A stretch of 59,490 nucleotides of DNA, the filler included, from Sphacelaria rigidula (taxonomy: Eukaryota): assembly GCA_964200075.2 (NCBI GenBank). It is 8 parts of 8 records of this genome, joined end to end, with 100 filler letters (N's around TTAATTAATTAA, not from the genome) between each part and the next. Parts side by side here need not be neighbours in the genome. Positions count along the whole stretch, not along the records: positions 7,450 to 14,798 come from CAXNAA020015304.1; positions 14,899 to 22,247 come from CAXNAA020015305.1; positions 22,348 to 29,696 come from CAXNAA020015306.1; 5 more parts are not named here. One strand, 5' to 3'. How positions within the stretch are numbered: position 1 is the stretch's first letter; the number at the start of each line of letters is the position of its first letter. Under the pieces are notes generated by a model. It was not told the origin of the DNA. It was given only the letters and a program-made list of their open reading frames with translations, and ran no database searches. Positions 12,528 to 24,610 of the stretch are shown one piece after another. The translations under genes were made by a program, and so were the position numbers.

Positions 12528-12795
12528 GCCCACTGTGTGGCCAATATTTATATTTGGATCCTGAAATTTTGGTATGAACATGATTAGGGCACGATAATAG
12601 CAAATATCAGAGCACACGAGTGTTTGTTTTCATGAGTTGAGGATAGTAACTAGTTTTCAGGTGTCATTGAAATGCCTTGAAGTCATGAAAAAAGAAGCTT
12701 TCTGTGCACTGGTATTTGTTTTTATTGTGTCCTATTCGTTGTCCAGACCAAATTTCAGGGTCCAAATCTAAATATCGCCCAGTGAATGGGCCTGC
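12528..12795. repeat. Long imperfect inverted repeat (MITE remnant)
   Basis: atatttatatttggatcctgaaattttggt versus accaaatttcagggtccaaatctaaatat. Confidence 0.6.
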
Positions 12796-13585
12796 GAACT
12801 ACGAATTCGCTTGTCGGCTGGCCCAGCTCGGATCAATTTCAGAAGAAAAATGAGAAATACCTGCAAGACCATTCGCAGGATCAATCTGAACAGTACGAGC
12901 TGGGCCAGCTGACAGTAATTCGCGAATGTATCCGAGCCGGGCGGTGGGTACTCCGCAGCGTTGGGCGCTGAAATTTTGACACAGCATTTTCATCATCACT
13001 ATGCACAACCTTCCCGCGGAGGCCAAGGAAAAGCAAAAAAAAGACGAAGTCAGAGTGATTTTAAGTATTTGCACAAACTCGAAACGTGCTATAACTAACT
13101 CCGTGAAAGTAAAGAAATACGCGGGCATCCCTCGTGTAGTTGTGCGTCCTTGTGTGGAGGAGATCCTGGTGCAATTTCAGCCAAAAATTCCAAACATTTG
13201 GCGCAGCATCCAACTTTTCATGCGGCACGGCTGTGCTCGTTTATTCCAAGTGAAACAGGAGACTCCACTCATGAAGATCACGAGTTCGAATCCCGACAGA
13301 TTCCTTTTCTTTGTTCCGTCGGTAAGATCATACATTACGCAGAACATTTTTTTTCATTTTTTTCATCCAGCGGCGGTGCCGTGCGTTCCCAGGTTGGTCT
13401 GCAGGTCACAACGATATACGCAAGTCGGGCTGAGTCGATAAAGTTGATAAGTTATGGTGTGACATGCAAATGCGAGAGTTACTGCTGGCCCGGCTCGTAC
13501 CGTTTCGCATCGACTAACGTGCCGCGTTATTTACTGACGATCCCGGTGCAGTATCCTGGATCTTCCGCTCTTGAATAGTGTGACT

Positions 13586-13648
13586 CCACTGAGATTCGAA
13601 TCCACGGCCCAAACGTCAGAAGGCTTCGAGTTTACCCCGCAACTGAGT
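13586..13648 (-). mobile_element. SINE head fragment
   Basis: gagattcgaatccacggcccaaacgtcagaaggcttcgag resembles the SINE head at ~24119-24170. Confidence 0.55.
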
Positions 13649-14321
13649 ATACTCTACTCGACCTGCCCTTGGATGATTGGACTGCGGTTTGAGGCGCGCG
13701 CTTTCCACACACCACAACTATTCAGTGGCGCGGCGGACTTCCGTTACGCGTGCCGCGGAGCCCGCAGCACTTTGCCAACCGCCAAAATGTACTAAAAACG
13801 CGTTTTTCTTCGACGTTCGGGGGCTTTCAGATCCGTTGTGGTGAATTGAGCAAATCCGCCGCGGCACTGAACAGATCTAGTGTGTGTGCGGGAGGCTGTC
13901 AGGTGCCACAGGCAGGATTGCTTCCTGTCTCGAGAAGTATGAGATGAAAAAATCACAGCTGTCGCATACTAAATCTAGGTAACTTTGGATGGAGCGTGTG
14001 TTACGTTCGGCAGAGGTTCGGCACAGGTCCGACCAGTTAATGACGTCTTCAATGCGTCTTCAATGCGTCTTCAATATCCCTCCGCGTTCATAATTTTTTT
14101 CTGTTGACAACGGATTTTTGGTCGACAAGGCCTTCATTCACCCCCATAACTGTGCGAACAAAGGGCAGGGTTCTCTACATGCTGGCCTCGCCCTGTGCAC
14201 ATCGGTGTTCGAACACTGACACAGACATAACGCTCGCTGTGTCCCGGCCGCAGTGCGCACAAACCGCAGCAGTGACGCCCTGGGCGGCTGTACCTTCTCA
14301 CGGATCAGCTGCAGAGTTTGA

Positions 14322-14480
14322 CCCTTTTGGGACCGGATTCCCAGAAACATGTCGTTTGCACGCAGGGGCCTTTCGTGAGTCGGCGTCATTTTCATTCGTT
14401 TTCAAGTTAAAATGACGTCGGTTCACGGAAAAGTACCTGCGTGTAAACCACATGATTCTGGGAGTCCGGTCCCAAAAGGG
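14322..14480. mobile_element. piggyBac-like palindromic MITE
   Basis: TTGA|CCCTTTTGGGACCGGA...TCCGGTCCCAAAAGGG|TTAA; the whole element folds back. Confidence 0.85.
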
Positions 14481-15281
14481 TTAAGTTGACATAGCAATCC
14501 GCAGCTCATGAAATCCTCAGGTTGTCCCTGAGTTACATTCAATCCTCTCTGCGTTATGCACGTCGCGGCGTATCGTACCTTGGAGATTCCTACACAGTAT
14601 GGAAGTGTGCTGCGTGTAGCACCGACTGCGGCACGCCTGTTGGACTGCGCGATAGGTTCCATAATGTGCGCGGTACATTGGTTGGCATTGTTGTGTGCAA
14701 ACCTTTTGCTCCGGGCGTGGTACATTTCACGGTTAGGACAAATCATCACGACTCAAAATCACCAAATTCGCGATTTCTTCTGCCTGGTTGCCCGAAAGNN
14801 NNNNNNNNNNNNNNNNNNNNNNNNNNNNNNNNNNNNNNNNNNTTAATTAATTAANNNNNNNNNNNNNNNNNNNNNNNNNNNNNNNNNNNNNNNNNNNNCA
14901 GAGACAGTCACGGCTTTTACACTGCCTCATGGGTGTCTAACCAGGGAGGAGGGGGATCGAGCGTGCAAAGCCCAAGCCATGTTGCAGTAATGTGTCCGTC
15001 TTTTGGCGGCGATGCTGGCTCACATGTCTTCATCCCTTCACGGTCCTGGCAGGACACCGTCAACGACGCACTCCAGCCGTGCCCTTTAAAGCAGGTCCGG
15101 GTGTTTTCACAGGAGCCGGCGTGGGTGCCGCTACACGGCCAAGCAGGACACCTTGGCCTTCAGTACAAGCATATTCAGACCACCCGATACCCGGCTCTGG
15201 TTCACACCGCAACGAAACTGCAAGTTCCACGTCGGGGCGTAGCTTCCAAACCGCGAAAGATGCCAGCGTGATGAACCACTG

Positions 15282-15473
15282 TGTAATACGTGAGAGGACC
15301 GCGTGCTTAGAGGACCGCGCCGTAGTTCAAAACACCTCAGGACCGAGTTTTTCTCAACTAATCGGGTCAGTCCCTGGAGGTACCACGCCTCTGACCATAA
15401 CCCTAACCCTAACCGTAGGGATGTTCAAATTCCGATGCGGTCCTCTAAGCACGCGGTCCTCTCACGCATTACA
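15282..15473. mobile_element. MITE with TGTAAT...ATTACA termini and an internal telomere-like aaccctaaccctaacc; relative at ~43172-43375
   Basis: ~36-bp TIR tgtaatacgtgagaggaccgcgtgcttagaggaccgc; flanks cactg/tactg. Confidence 0.8.
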
Positions 15474-15546
15474 TACTGGGCGCCGGGTGGGGCGGCGCGA
15501 GACGCTGGTAGACCAGTGCTGGCCCCATTCCTCCCGCGTTTACGAG

Positions 15547-15868
15547 GGTTAGAAAGGTTTCGCCAGGACCCCTTTGACGTGATCGCTAGAGTTGGCGCAA
15601 TGGCACTTGAGCCAAGCAAGCACATAAGCTGCTTTGGAGTGTAGACAGAAGATCGTGTTCAAGGTGCCACTTGTGGGCAAGACATTCCAAACAACCCACC
15701 GTGTTGAACGGTCACCCGAGAAGGGTGGCAGCAACCCGACGACTGCAACTCTCCATATCAGACCAAACTATCGTGAGCAGTACCGGCGATCCACACAATG
15801 CCCCCATACAAATACATTATCATACGGAGCGTTGACGAGAGCAAGCCCCACAGTCTCATTTTCTAATA
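15547..15868 (-). repeat. 3' LTR
   Basis: Direct repeat of 20648-20950 (about 8 mismatches in ~300 bp by manual count); begins TATTAGAAA immediately after the PPT. Confidence 0.93.
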
Positions 15869-15879
15869 CTCCCCCTCAA
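15869..15879 (-). promoter_or_regulatory. Polypurine tract TTGAGGGGGAG
   Basis: Abuts the 3' LTR; a second copy lies at ~15907-15918. Confidence 0.85.
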
Positions 15880-15934
15880 CGCAGGTACAAGTCTTACTCC
15901 CTCACACTCCCCCTCAATACAACCGTCCCGGCAC

Positions 15935-17187
15935 TCAAGGACGAAATAATAACGGGTCGCACAGCCAGACGGAAGTCAGATTTTGAATGTGTTGATCAGC
16001 TTGACGAGATGGCAGTGCCTGTGCTTGCTGGCGTACTTGGCCTTCAGTCTTAGCGTCACGAATGCCGGTCCTTCCCTCCTTGACTGATCCCTGAATGAAG
16101 AAGTACCGCAGAGCTACGTGCTTGACTCTCGAGCTGTAGGTCCGGTTGTCTGCGACGTGGAGAGTTGACATGTTGTCGATGTAGACGGGGACGGAGTCGA
16201 AGCGTGTGTCAATCCCATCTCTCGCATTATGTTCGAGCAAAATATGGCCTCTCTCATGGTGAGTGCAGCGGCCACGAGTTCTGCTTCCATGGCCAGTTGC
16301 GCCGTCAATCCTTGTAGTTTTTCCTTAAAACTGATGAGGCCATTCGAGCGAAAGACAATGTGTGATGATGCTGATTTCCCGTTATCGGGGTTGTTCCCCC
16401 AGTTCGCCTGTGAAAAAGCCGTCAATTGCAAACCACCCTGATTGCAGGTGATGTCATGGTCCGTAATGCCGGCAACATGTCGAAGTAAGTCTTTTGCAGC
16501 TACCACATGCGCCCTCGACGGTTTGGACATCGCCCGCGCCAGTTGATTCACGCTATGTCCAATGTCGTAGCGGGTCACTCGAGCGAGATACATCACACCG
16601 CCTGTAATGGCATGGAAGCGTTGTTTGTCCTCCTCGTTTAGTATTTCGTCCCTCGGCTGGTCCAGTTGCAGTTCTTGCCCCGCCCTAGGAGTGCACGCTG
16701 GGTTGCAGTTCGCCATCCCACATCGTTCCTCGAGAGACTTGTTGTCATTTGTGTGGCTGGTGTTGACTATCTTGCTATTACGGTCACGAACAACCTTTAT
16801 TCCCAGCACTGACGATACACCCCCCATGCCCGTCATAAAAAAACGTCCCATTAGTTTATGTTTGATTCTTTCCAGCACCTTCGAGTCAGTCTTCCACCGC
16901 CTCAAGTTGTACCCCTCAACTATTACCAACATCATGCGAATACGATGAACCCTGCAGATCGGAAATACTGCCGCAACCCAAACCGGAGACTTGTTTCCAG
17001 CCCAGCACGCCGACTCGATCCTTGTAGCAGCAGCAGCAGCAGCAGTGGTAGTAGCAATAGTAGTAGTAGTTGTAGTAGTTGTTGTCGACTCGATCCCTGT
17101 AGCAGCAGCAGCAGCAGCAGCAGCAGCGGTAGCAGTAGTAGTAGTCGTAGTCGTAGTAGTAGTAGTAGTTGTTGTTGTTGTTGTTGC

Positions 17188-17218
<31 letters not shown>

Positions 17219-18320
17219 GCCTGTAGTTGCGGGCTGTCATGCGTGCACACGTCACCATGAAGCGAGTGTCGATGACAATGGAGTAGCGACGGTTCTGCTA
17301 GACGTGTCACCGTGTGTTCGCCAGATCTGTCCCGTGGGTGTGTCACGAGCTGCTCCGGCAGTGTACCACCCTGCGGAAGACCATCGTGCGGAAGCGTCCA
17401 TTCACGGGTCGGAGCACCGTCGTGCATATATCGCCTGGTGATGACGCTGATTCTCCCCAGAAGCTCGCCCCCTTGTAAAGTTTTAGCGCCCCTGCTGACA
17501 GTTGCATGGTCGGCAAAGATATGAGCCAGATGAGTTAATACAGAAGTGTGATTGCGAAGGTCGCGTATGAAGGCGTCGTTGGGGGCGTAGTTGTGACCCT
17601 TACTGCCGCCAGGCTCCTCCTCCTGGAGTAGTGAAGGCTGTAAAGTATAGATACGATAGCACTTATTGTTATTGCCATACCTAACCAATCGTCCTCCGAC
17701 TGCCTCGGGAAATAGTTCTTGAGTGCCCCCATTGGTGTAGACGAACGCCTTGGCCTCAATGACTCGAGGATGTCTTCGATCTGGTTTCCTCCCTTGCAGC
17801 ATCTTGTGCGAACATTGCATCCTTAGCGCGGAGTGCGGTGCCCTGTTTGCAAGGTAGGATATCCTGAGCATTGATTCCCCCCGGGAAAAGGTTGATAAAC
17901 CGCTGTCGGCAAGCATGCACCGGACCATGGCTGCAAGCGTCCTCCCTACGCGTTCTGACAGGCCGATTCGTTGTGGTGTATTGGTGCTCGCAAAATCTAG
18001 CAATATACCTGTCAGCCGGCAGTACGTTCTGAAATCGTTGTCAATAAACTCACCCCTTTTGTCTGCCCTGAGTCGTTCGAGCCGAGCGCCGCTGGTCCCA
18101 CCCATGCTCATGACCAGTTGGAAGGTGCGTTGCACTTTATTGTTGGCTGTCTTCGGATGGGCTAGTTGATGGCTTTTCCCAACAGCACGAGTACTCCAGT
18201 CTGAGACATATCCACCGAAGTCCCCTCCGTTACTTTCGACGGTTTCAAGAAGGTTCAAACTATTGCTGTTTATGTGCCCCATCCGCCGATGCCACAGCGT
18301 GGCGGCGTCTGAGGCTTGCG
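15935..18320 (-). pseudogene. copia pol remnant: pre-integrase, deleted integrase, microsatellite, RT C-half, RNase H
   Basis: LWHRRMGHINS; RLRADKRGEF...TPQRIGLSERVGRTL; GGVMYLARVTRYDI; AFSQANWGNNPDNGKS; MEAELVAA; YIDNMSTL..SSRVKHVALRYFFI. Confidence 0.92.
17020..17222. repeat. Compound trinucleotide microsatellite (CAG/TAG/TTG)n
   Basis: Directly visible; the seed cgactcgatcc[t/c]tgtagcagcagc occurs twice. Confidence 0.97.
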
Positions 18321-18579
18321 TAGCCAGTCCAGGCGGGTCGTTGCCGCTGATTACTTCTAGAAAAAATAGTACAGGTCACTCCCTAGCCCCTGCAGCGGGG
18401 CGGTGAAGTTGTTTGTTTCCGGTCTTGGGTTGTTCATCTCGAAAATGAATACCACTCCATTTCGGGTCGCTTGCTTGACGGAGAACAGATTCCGTCCCAA
18501 GCCAGGCACGACCAAACACGAAATCTGGACCAGGCGTTCGACCCCTTCTTCGTCTTTGATGTGTTCGCGGAGGAGTCCC

Positions 18580-20103
18580 TTACCAGCCCCTGCCAGTTGG
18601 TGCCCCCCTGCGGTGGTGAGTTTTACGCGAAAACGCCCTCAGGTAGTTGTAGAGTTTGTGTCCCAGCCCCACGATGAGAGTATCGTCAAAGTAATATCCT
18701 GACGCGCCACTGTCTGCCATAACACTGACAGAGCTGACAGAGCTGTTGCTGCCCTCCTTCCATTTGTCGAGAACGGGTGCGGTCGCGAGAGCCGACCCAT
18801 CATCAGCGTCGGTGATACCGGCAAATGTTTCAGCGTTGTCGCAGGGGTTCGACGTGGCTCGGTGGTATAATGAGCCACCAAACATCAAGTAGACGTAATG
18901 AACCACGGCTATTATGGCCAACGCGTGGGCTATTAGGGAAAGTGCCTCCTTGATTTCCCGCAATATGTTGTGAGTCCTACGCCGGAACTCCAGATCCCCG
19001 GCCTCCTCGGCCCTGTCCTTCCCTTCGAAAGCGCCGAAGAGTCCACTGCTGTCGAATGAAGCAACGGGTTTGTTCGTTGGAGCAAACGGCCAAAGGTTGT
19101 CCGTTTGCCGGGGATTTCGTGTTTTGGGCACTTCTTCGACATTTAAGGAGATGGCCGGGGTCTGCTCTCTTGCACCGGTGACTGGTGGGTAACCCGACCA
19201 CTGCGCGAGATTTGCTGCCTGCTGGTTACGCCGTTGCAAGAAACGGCACTCTTCGTCGCTGTGGGTTGCTGACATGTGGAAGGAGCACCACTTGCCTTCT
19301 GCCCCCTTTTCCTTGTCTCCCCTTGTCAGTGCTTGGGTCGAGTTTCGAGTGGGGCAATTTTTTTTCACGTGGCCTCGCTTTCCGCAGCGGAAACACGACT
19401 TCCACTGGCTTGCATGGCGACCCCGCGGCCTGCGACCAAGTTGATGGCGTCTGGGCGAGAGATATAGTCGGTATACATGGTGCTGACCATGTATCGGAGA
19501 TCCGCCAAATTAAAATCACGCCTCTCGCAGATAGCAATACGAACCCTTTCGTGCTCGGCAGGAAGGGCTCGGAAAATAATGTCCTCGTAGCGCTCGTCAG
19601 GTATACATTGTCCCATTTCATCTAGGCGGTCACGGTAGCCGTCCATGACAAACAAAAAGTCTTCCGGATCATGTCCGGACTGCGTCGTTGTGGTGTGAAG
19701 TTTGTAATGGATTTTCCTTGGTGCCTCTTTGCTATCACCATCATATTTTTTTGCAGCGCTGCCCATGCTGCTTGTCCGTCCCCGACCCCTGTTGGGTTTT
19801 CCCCATATGACGTCTGACGGTATTGTTCGCTAATTTTTCCGTGCTAAAAAACAGAATACTAAACAGATAATTGTTTGCACGATCCCACGCCACTGAAGTT
19901 GTCGTATTACAGGGTGGTTGGTCATCATCGATTATGGTGGATCTGGGTCTTTGCCGCCCCTGCAGGATTTCTGCGGCCGCATGGAGGTGAAGGGACAGGA
20001 TCACCCGGAGTTTATCGTTATATTCCCGGAAGCTCGCTTTGTCCCTGCCATCGAACTTTGGACAGAGTGTCAGTACCCCTCGAATACCCTCAGTGTCGGC
20101 CAT
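18580..20103 (-). pseudogene. copia gag and protease (frameshifted)
   Basis: CPKFDGRDKASFREY; QSGHDPEDF...IIFRALPAEHERVR; zinc knuckles CFRCGKRGHVKKNC and WCSFHMSATHSDEEC; protease VMADSGASGYYF. Confidence 0.9.
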
Positions 20104-20629
20104 GTGAATCCTGTTCGTCGCTCTGCTCCAACTTCACAAGTAAAGATAAAGGGTGCGCAAAGGTGTCCACGTATCGTTTCCCTACCACACAGTCGACGTC
20201 GCTCATCGCTGCTTGACTCGTCGATAGCTCAAAAAGATCATGTATAAAAACAAGTAGAACACACGCGGGTCCCCCACCGCTGCAGTGTCCGCCGGACCTG
20301 CCACTTAATTGTCGCCGATGGACACTCTTTCGGAGGACATCGATGTACAGGGTGTTGCAGCCAGCGCCACGGCTCTGTACTTGAATATAATAGACGCGTA
20401 CAATTTCTCCCCAAAGGGATCCGACGATTGTCCCGCTGTTTTGAAATCACGTATGATACCAAGTGCCCACAGGAGAAAGTGCCGTCCTCACTTCGTGACA
20501 CACTGTTGCAGACGCACACAGGTGTAGTGCCGTCTTTACTTTGACTCAACTCACGTTGTTCCCCAGCAAAGATCCTTTCTTTTTGCTGCTGCCTTCCTTC
20601 CTTCCGAACTCCGACCCTTAGACGCCAAC

Positions 20630-20647
20630 GCCGAGGCTTAATAAACC
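20630..20647 (-). promoter_or_regulatory. Putative primer-binding site (GGTTTATTAAGCCTCGG)
   Basis: Directly follows the LTR end ...TTCTAACA; resembles the GGTTATGGGCCC-type PBS of copia elements. Confidence 0.5.
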
Positions 20648-20950
20648 TGTTAGAAAAGTGTCGCCAGGACCCTTTTGACGTGATCGCTAGAGTTGGCGAA
20701 ATGGCACTTGAGCCAAGCAAGCACATAAGCTGCTTTGGAGTGTAGACAGAAGATCGTGTTCAAGGTGCCACTTGTGGGCAAGACATTCCAAACAACCCAC
20801 CGTGTTGAACGGTCACCCGAGAAGAGTGGCAGCAACCCGACGACTGCAACTCTCCATATCAGACCAAACTATCATGAGCAGTACCGGCGATCCACACAAT
20901 GCCCCCATACAAATACATTATCATATGGAGCGTTGACGAGAGTAAGCCCC
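20648..20950 (-). repeat. 5' LTR, lacking its first ~18 bp
   Basis: Homology with the 3' LTR stops after ...taagcccc; the inner end is an intact CA. Confidence 0.92.
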
Positions 20951-21049
20951 GCCGGTGGTCAGTGGAGGATGAAACGAGAGGATGAGAAATAACAGAGGGG
21001 ACCAAACGAAAACATCGCAAGGATTTTAAAGCTTGGACGTGTTGAGTGT

Positions 21050-21760
21050 GTACGTCTTTAGGTCTTGTGAGGAATTCAATAAGCAGTTATTGTTCACGTG
21101 ATACTTTTAATGCATCCAGATTTGTGAAGTGATCCACAAAGCGATCACCGTTGCGTTGGGTTTTATGAGGAATTGTAAGGAGTTGACGACGACGTCACCA
21201 AGACGGTGATGATTGTGTACGAAGAATCCACATAACGGTCACTGTTTCGTGATACTTTGGATTTTTTAAATGATGTTTTCGGTGATCATTCTGTGAACAG
21301 TTTACAAAATTCACCGGAACGGTGATAGTTTTGTGAACAACTCAATTAACAACCACTGTTCCGTGATGATTTTAATGAAGCCACATTCATCGAAAAACTT
21401 AATACAATCATCACATCTTTTCGGTGACTATTCTGTGAACAGCTCACCAAATCGTCACCGAAACGGTGATGACATATTTTTTCGATGCAGTTCAAAACAG
21501 TTCACGGTTCCCGATATACTTTTGTGAATTCGGATTTACAAAACTATGAACGGTTTGCTGATAGTCTCGGGGATAAGTCCCGACATTGTTGCGGCTTTGG
21601 TGATTATGTTGTCTTATCCTCATCGCAATTTCACCCGTCCCGTGATACTGTTGTGAACCCGGATTCACAACATGATCACCGTTTGGTGGAAAATCATGGC
21701 CAAGCAGTTCGCCAAAATGTCACCAAAATGTTAATAATGTTTCTAAAATCACAAAAACGT
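21050..21760. repeat. Degenerate repeat rich in tcacc/ggtga and tgtgaa/ttcac motifs
   Basis: Near-duplicated tttcggtgatcattctgtgaacag...tcaccg.aacggtgat units at ~21277 and ~21419. Confidence 0.6.
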
Positions 21761-23822
21761 CGACGGGGACAGCCTTTAGATTTTTTCAAAGTGCGATGCC
21801 GCAGGTATAGATGTGCACAGTTCGCCGTGGTTCCAGCATGTATAACTCCAAATAGGTGTGAACCCGACTCGCCACTGCCTTATGGCTTACTGACCATACG
21901 TACGAGCATACCCACCTGCGCCCGTGCTACGGAAAGTTTACACTGTACCCGTTGCTCCACCAAAAGACGGGATCTCCATACCGGTGCAATTCCTTCCTGG
22001 ACAAGATGTAGGAGAAGATCCTATTCCTCGTAGCTCCTACAGAGGTGAGAAATCGTCACTGTCTGGGCGTCAACGACACCGCCCTTGCCACGGAGGAAGA
22101 CCGGACTCATGGAGCTGGTTCACAGAGGTGGGCGCTAGTACGCGTGATCCCCACATATTGCCGATCATCGCCAGGTTACACATGCATTTGGCACTATGAA
22201 ATATACACTTTGTCACAACAGGTCGGTAATGATCAATTCAACAATGGNNNNNNNNNNNNNNNNNNNNNNNNNNNNNNNNNNNNNNNNNNNNTTAATTAAT
22301 TAANNNNNNNNNNNNNNNNNNNNNNNNNNNNNNNNNNNNNNNNNNNNTTTTTTGCGTCAGACTTTTATATAGAAAAAAGGTGAGGTGGTGGGGCGGGGGG
22401 GGGGGGGGGGGGGGGGAGGCATAAAAAACTCCATCGCGCAGATGGTCAAGACGTCACACCGTTTCTCGGAGTCCGGGACTTTGAAACATCGCACGTGTAC
22501 CAGGAGCCACAACAAAACTGTCGATGGACGATGGTTTTATTCTTCACCGGTTTTTGGGGGGTCACACGAGGTCACAGGACCCACACAGGCCATCTGAGGT
22601 CCCCCGGAAACTGGTAGAAAATACGAAATGGAAAACTCACACGCAGAAGATTTCGGTAATGGTCTACAGTAAACGTGGGCAAATTTCCATCGTCCGACTC
22701 AAAACGAAAAGTAAATTTGGGGTCGGAGATGAGTGGTTTTGTTCCTGGACGGCACGTCGCTGATGGGAGGTAAAAATGGCGGTGCTTCACCTGATGGCAG
22801 GTCGGCCGCTGTGCAGATGTACTGAGAAAGCAGATAAGGTACCATACGATTCTCACCGTTGAAAGTATGAAAACGTGGAGTAGCAAATATGAGAACGCAT
22901 GAAAATCGTAGGGCTGCGAAAATGTTGATCCAGCGCTGTGACAGAAACGCGAAATCAGAGCCAGTTACGACAGCGGAAAGACGGATCGTTGACCCGGTGT
23001 CGAGACTGACGACGTACTCTTCCCGAGGATGGGCAAGAGATACGAGTAAAAACCCAAGAGGTTCATAATGAACCGTAGACACTGCGATACAGGTTTTCAT
23101 GTCTGCTGAACACTGGTTCACACAAATCAACGGAGAGAACACTTTTCACTCGGTTGAATTGTCGGGTGATTCTTTGCTGTGTTATCTCATATGCATCAGG
23201 TATCCTCGGTCCCATGTTTTCAATATTGTCCCATACCTTATTTAGGATTACCAATAGTGAGACTGTGGACACGGAAGGCGTCCGCATCAGATACCTAGTA
23301 CCGAGTACTCCGCAGATATAGGAACGACTTCTTGGTATGAGCTCAGACAAGACGATTCGCCTCCCGTACTTTCTTGCGGACAATTGATCATGCAGTAATT
23401 TTTCACGTGAAGTTGACGTTGATTCAGCGACAATCCATGCTCGCAGCCAAAGGATTACTCGCGAAGGTTCCTTCTCCCTCGATCTTTTTGCGGGCAATGA
23501 ATGATAACAGTTGCAAATGTTGCTTCTTCAGTTGTTCAAAGGGAAAAAATAATTACTCGCCAAACAAATGTCGTCGGAGTTCACTTTGTGCCGAAAGTGA
23601 CTTGAACCTCCCTCAGCCCCCGAGAAGCGTGTAGTCACTCAGACGGTTCAAGACAGTCTTGGGCTTGTAAATGGGCGTGTCGAGTATGAAGCGAGGCGAT
23701 AGTCACAATATCAAGTTACTCTCATCTGTTCACTTCATGTGAGGAGAGGACTGATAAGGTTATGATAATGAGCGGCAACATGGAGATGGCGAATCTATGA
23801 ACATCATTTTCATGATTGCATG

Positions 23823-24188
23823 TTTTTGTTGGTGTGTGTTGCCATCCCATTTATTTTGGGCGCCAGTCTACACCTTTCCGTATATTTGGGCGCATTAGCC
23901 GGAGTCACACAAAAGGAAGGCCAACACAGGAGCTTTTTGCTTTTGCTTCTTGCTCTTGAAACTTTACCTTCCTCCTGCGGTGGTACCCTTACTTTTATCG
24001 CGGGAGGGGTTCAGCGGTTCCCTTCACTCGCCGACCGTAAAGTCGACTGCTCGTGTACCCACGACATGTTCGTTCTCAAATGTTGGGAATGGTGTGAGGA
24101 GAAATCACAGATCGCTCCGGGATTCGAACCCACGACCCACCCGTCAAAAGGTTTCGAGGTTACCAACTGAGCCACAGGGGCAACCGGC
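23823..24188 (-). mobile_element. Full-length tRNA-derived SINE
   Basis: Reverse complement begins GCCGGTTGCCCCTG-TGGCTCAGTTGG (A box)...GGTTCGAATCCC (B box); AC-rich tail; three other copies in the window. Confidence 0.85.
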
Positions 24189-24508
24189 ATTACCGGCTGT
24201 ATCTTTACCGCAAGATGCGCCAACCCTGGCCGGGCGTGGGGCATCGCGCGAGTAGCGTGTAATTACTTGTGAAAGTAGTGCTGGTGCCTATACGCCCCTC
24301 AGCGCTTAGACCAGGTGCCCAACCGGCACAGATAGGAGCGCCTCTATGCTTTCACGCCATTCAACTTGAGGTCGGTGACGTTCGTCCCACACTACCCGAC
24401 ATGAAATCGGATCCACCACTAAGACGCTTGATCCGTCACGATAACCGATATGCTTCGTGAGCTGACCTCCACCATGAGTCAGTTTCCACGTACCATCGCC
24501 ATAGTCTC

Positions 24509-24610
24509 AACGCTTGGACGGGGAGAGCAGTCATCTGTTGTATCGATCAAATTTCGATTGAAAGAACTATGCACGATCCAGATGGACTACCCTCGCGATC
24601 CAAGGGTTGA
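24509..24610. mobile_element. piggyBac-like ~100-bp MITE; further single copies at ~27962-28066 and 54921-55031
   Basis: gatccagatggactaccctcgcgatccaagggttga end. The 54921 copy reads TTAA-CCCTTACACCGCG...CGCGGTCTAAAAG-TCAA. Confidence 0.7.

Larger units (their letters stand above)
15547..20950 (-). mobile_element. Ty1/copia LTR retrotransposon, internally deleted and non-autonomous
   Basis: Two ~300-bp LTRs, PBS-like site, gag-PR-IN-(partial RT)-RNase H order, PPT. Confidence 0.95.

Noticed and set aside
16858..17441. Poly-Q/L/V/S/C ORFs
   Set aside because: These are alternative frames of a trinucleotide microsatellite
15549..20950. CpG transitions between LTRs as evidence of methylation
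   Set aside because: Only about 2 of ~8 differences, too few to interpret
22900..23740. Protein-like minus-strand frames
   Set aside because: Many stops and no motif I can recognise; needs a translated homology search
24100..24188. tRNA gene
   Set aside because: It has A and B boxes but no convincing cloverleaf, and it is attached to a dispersed SINE body
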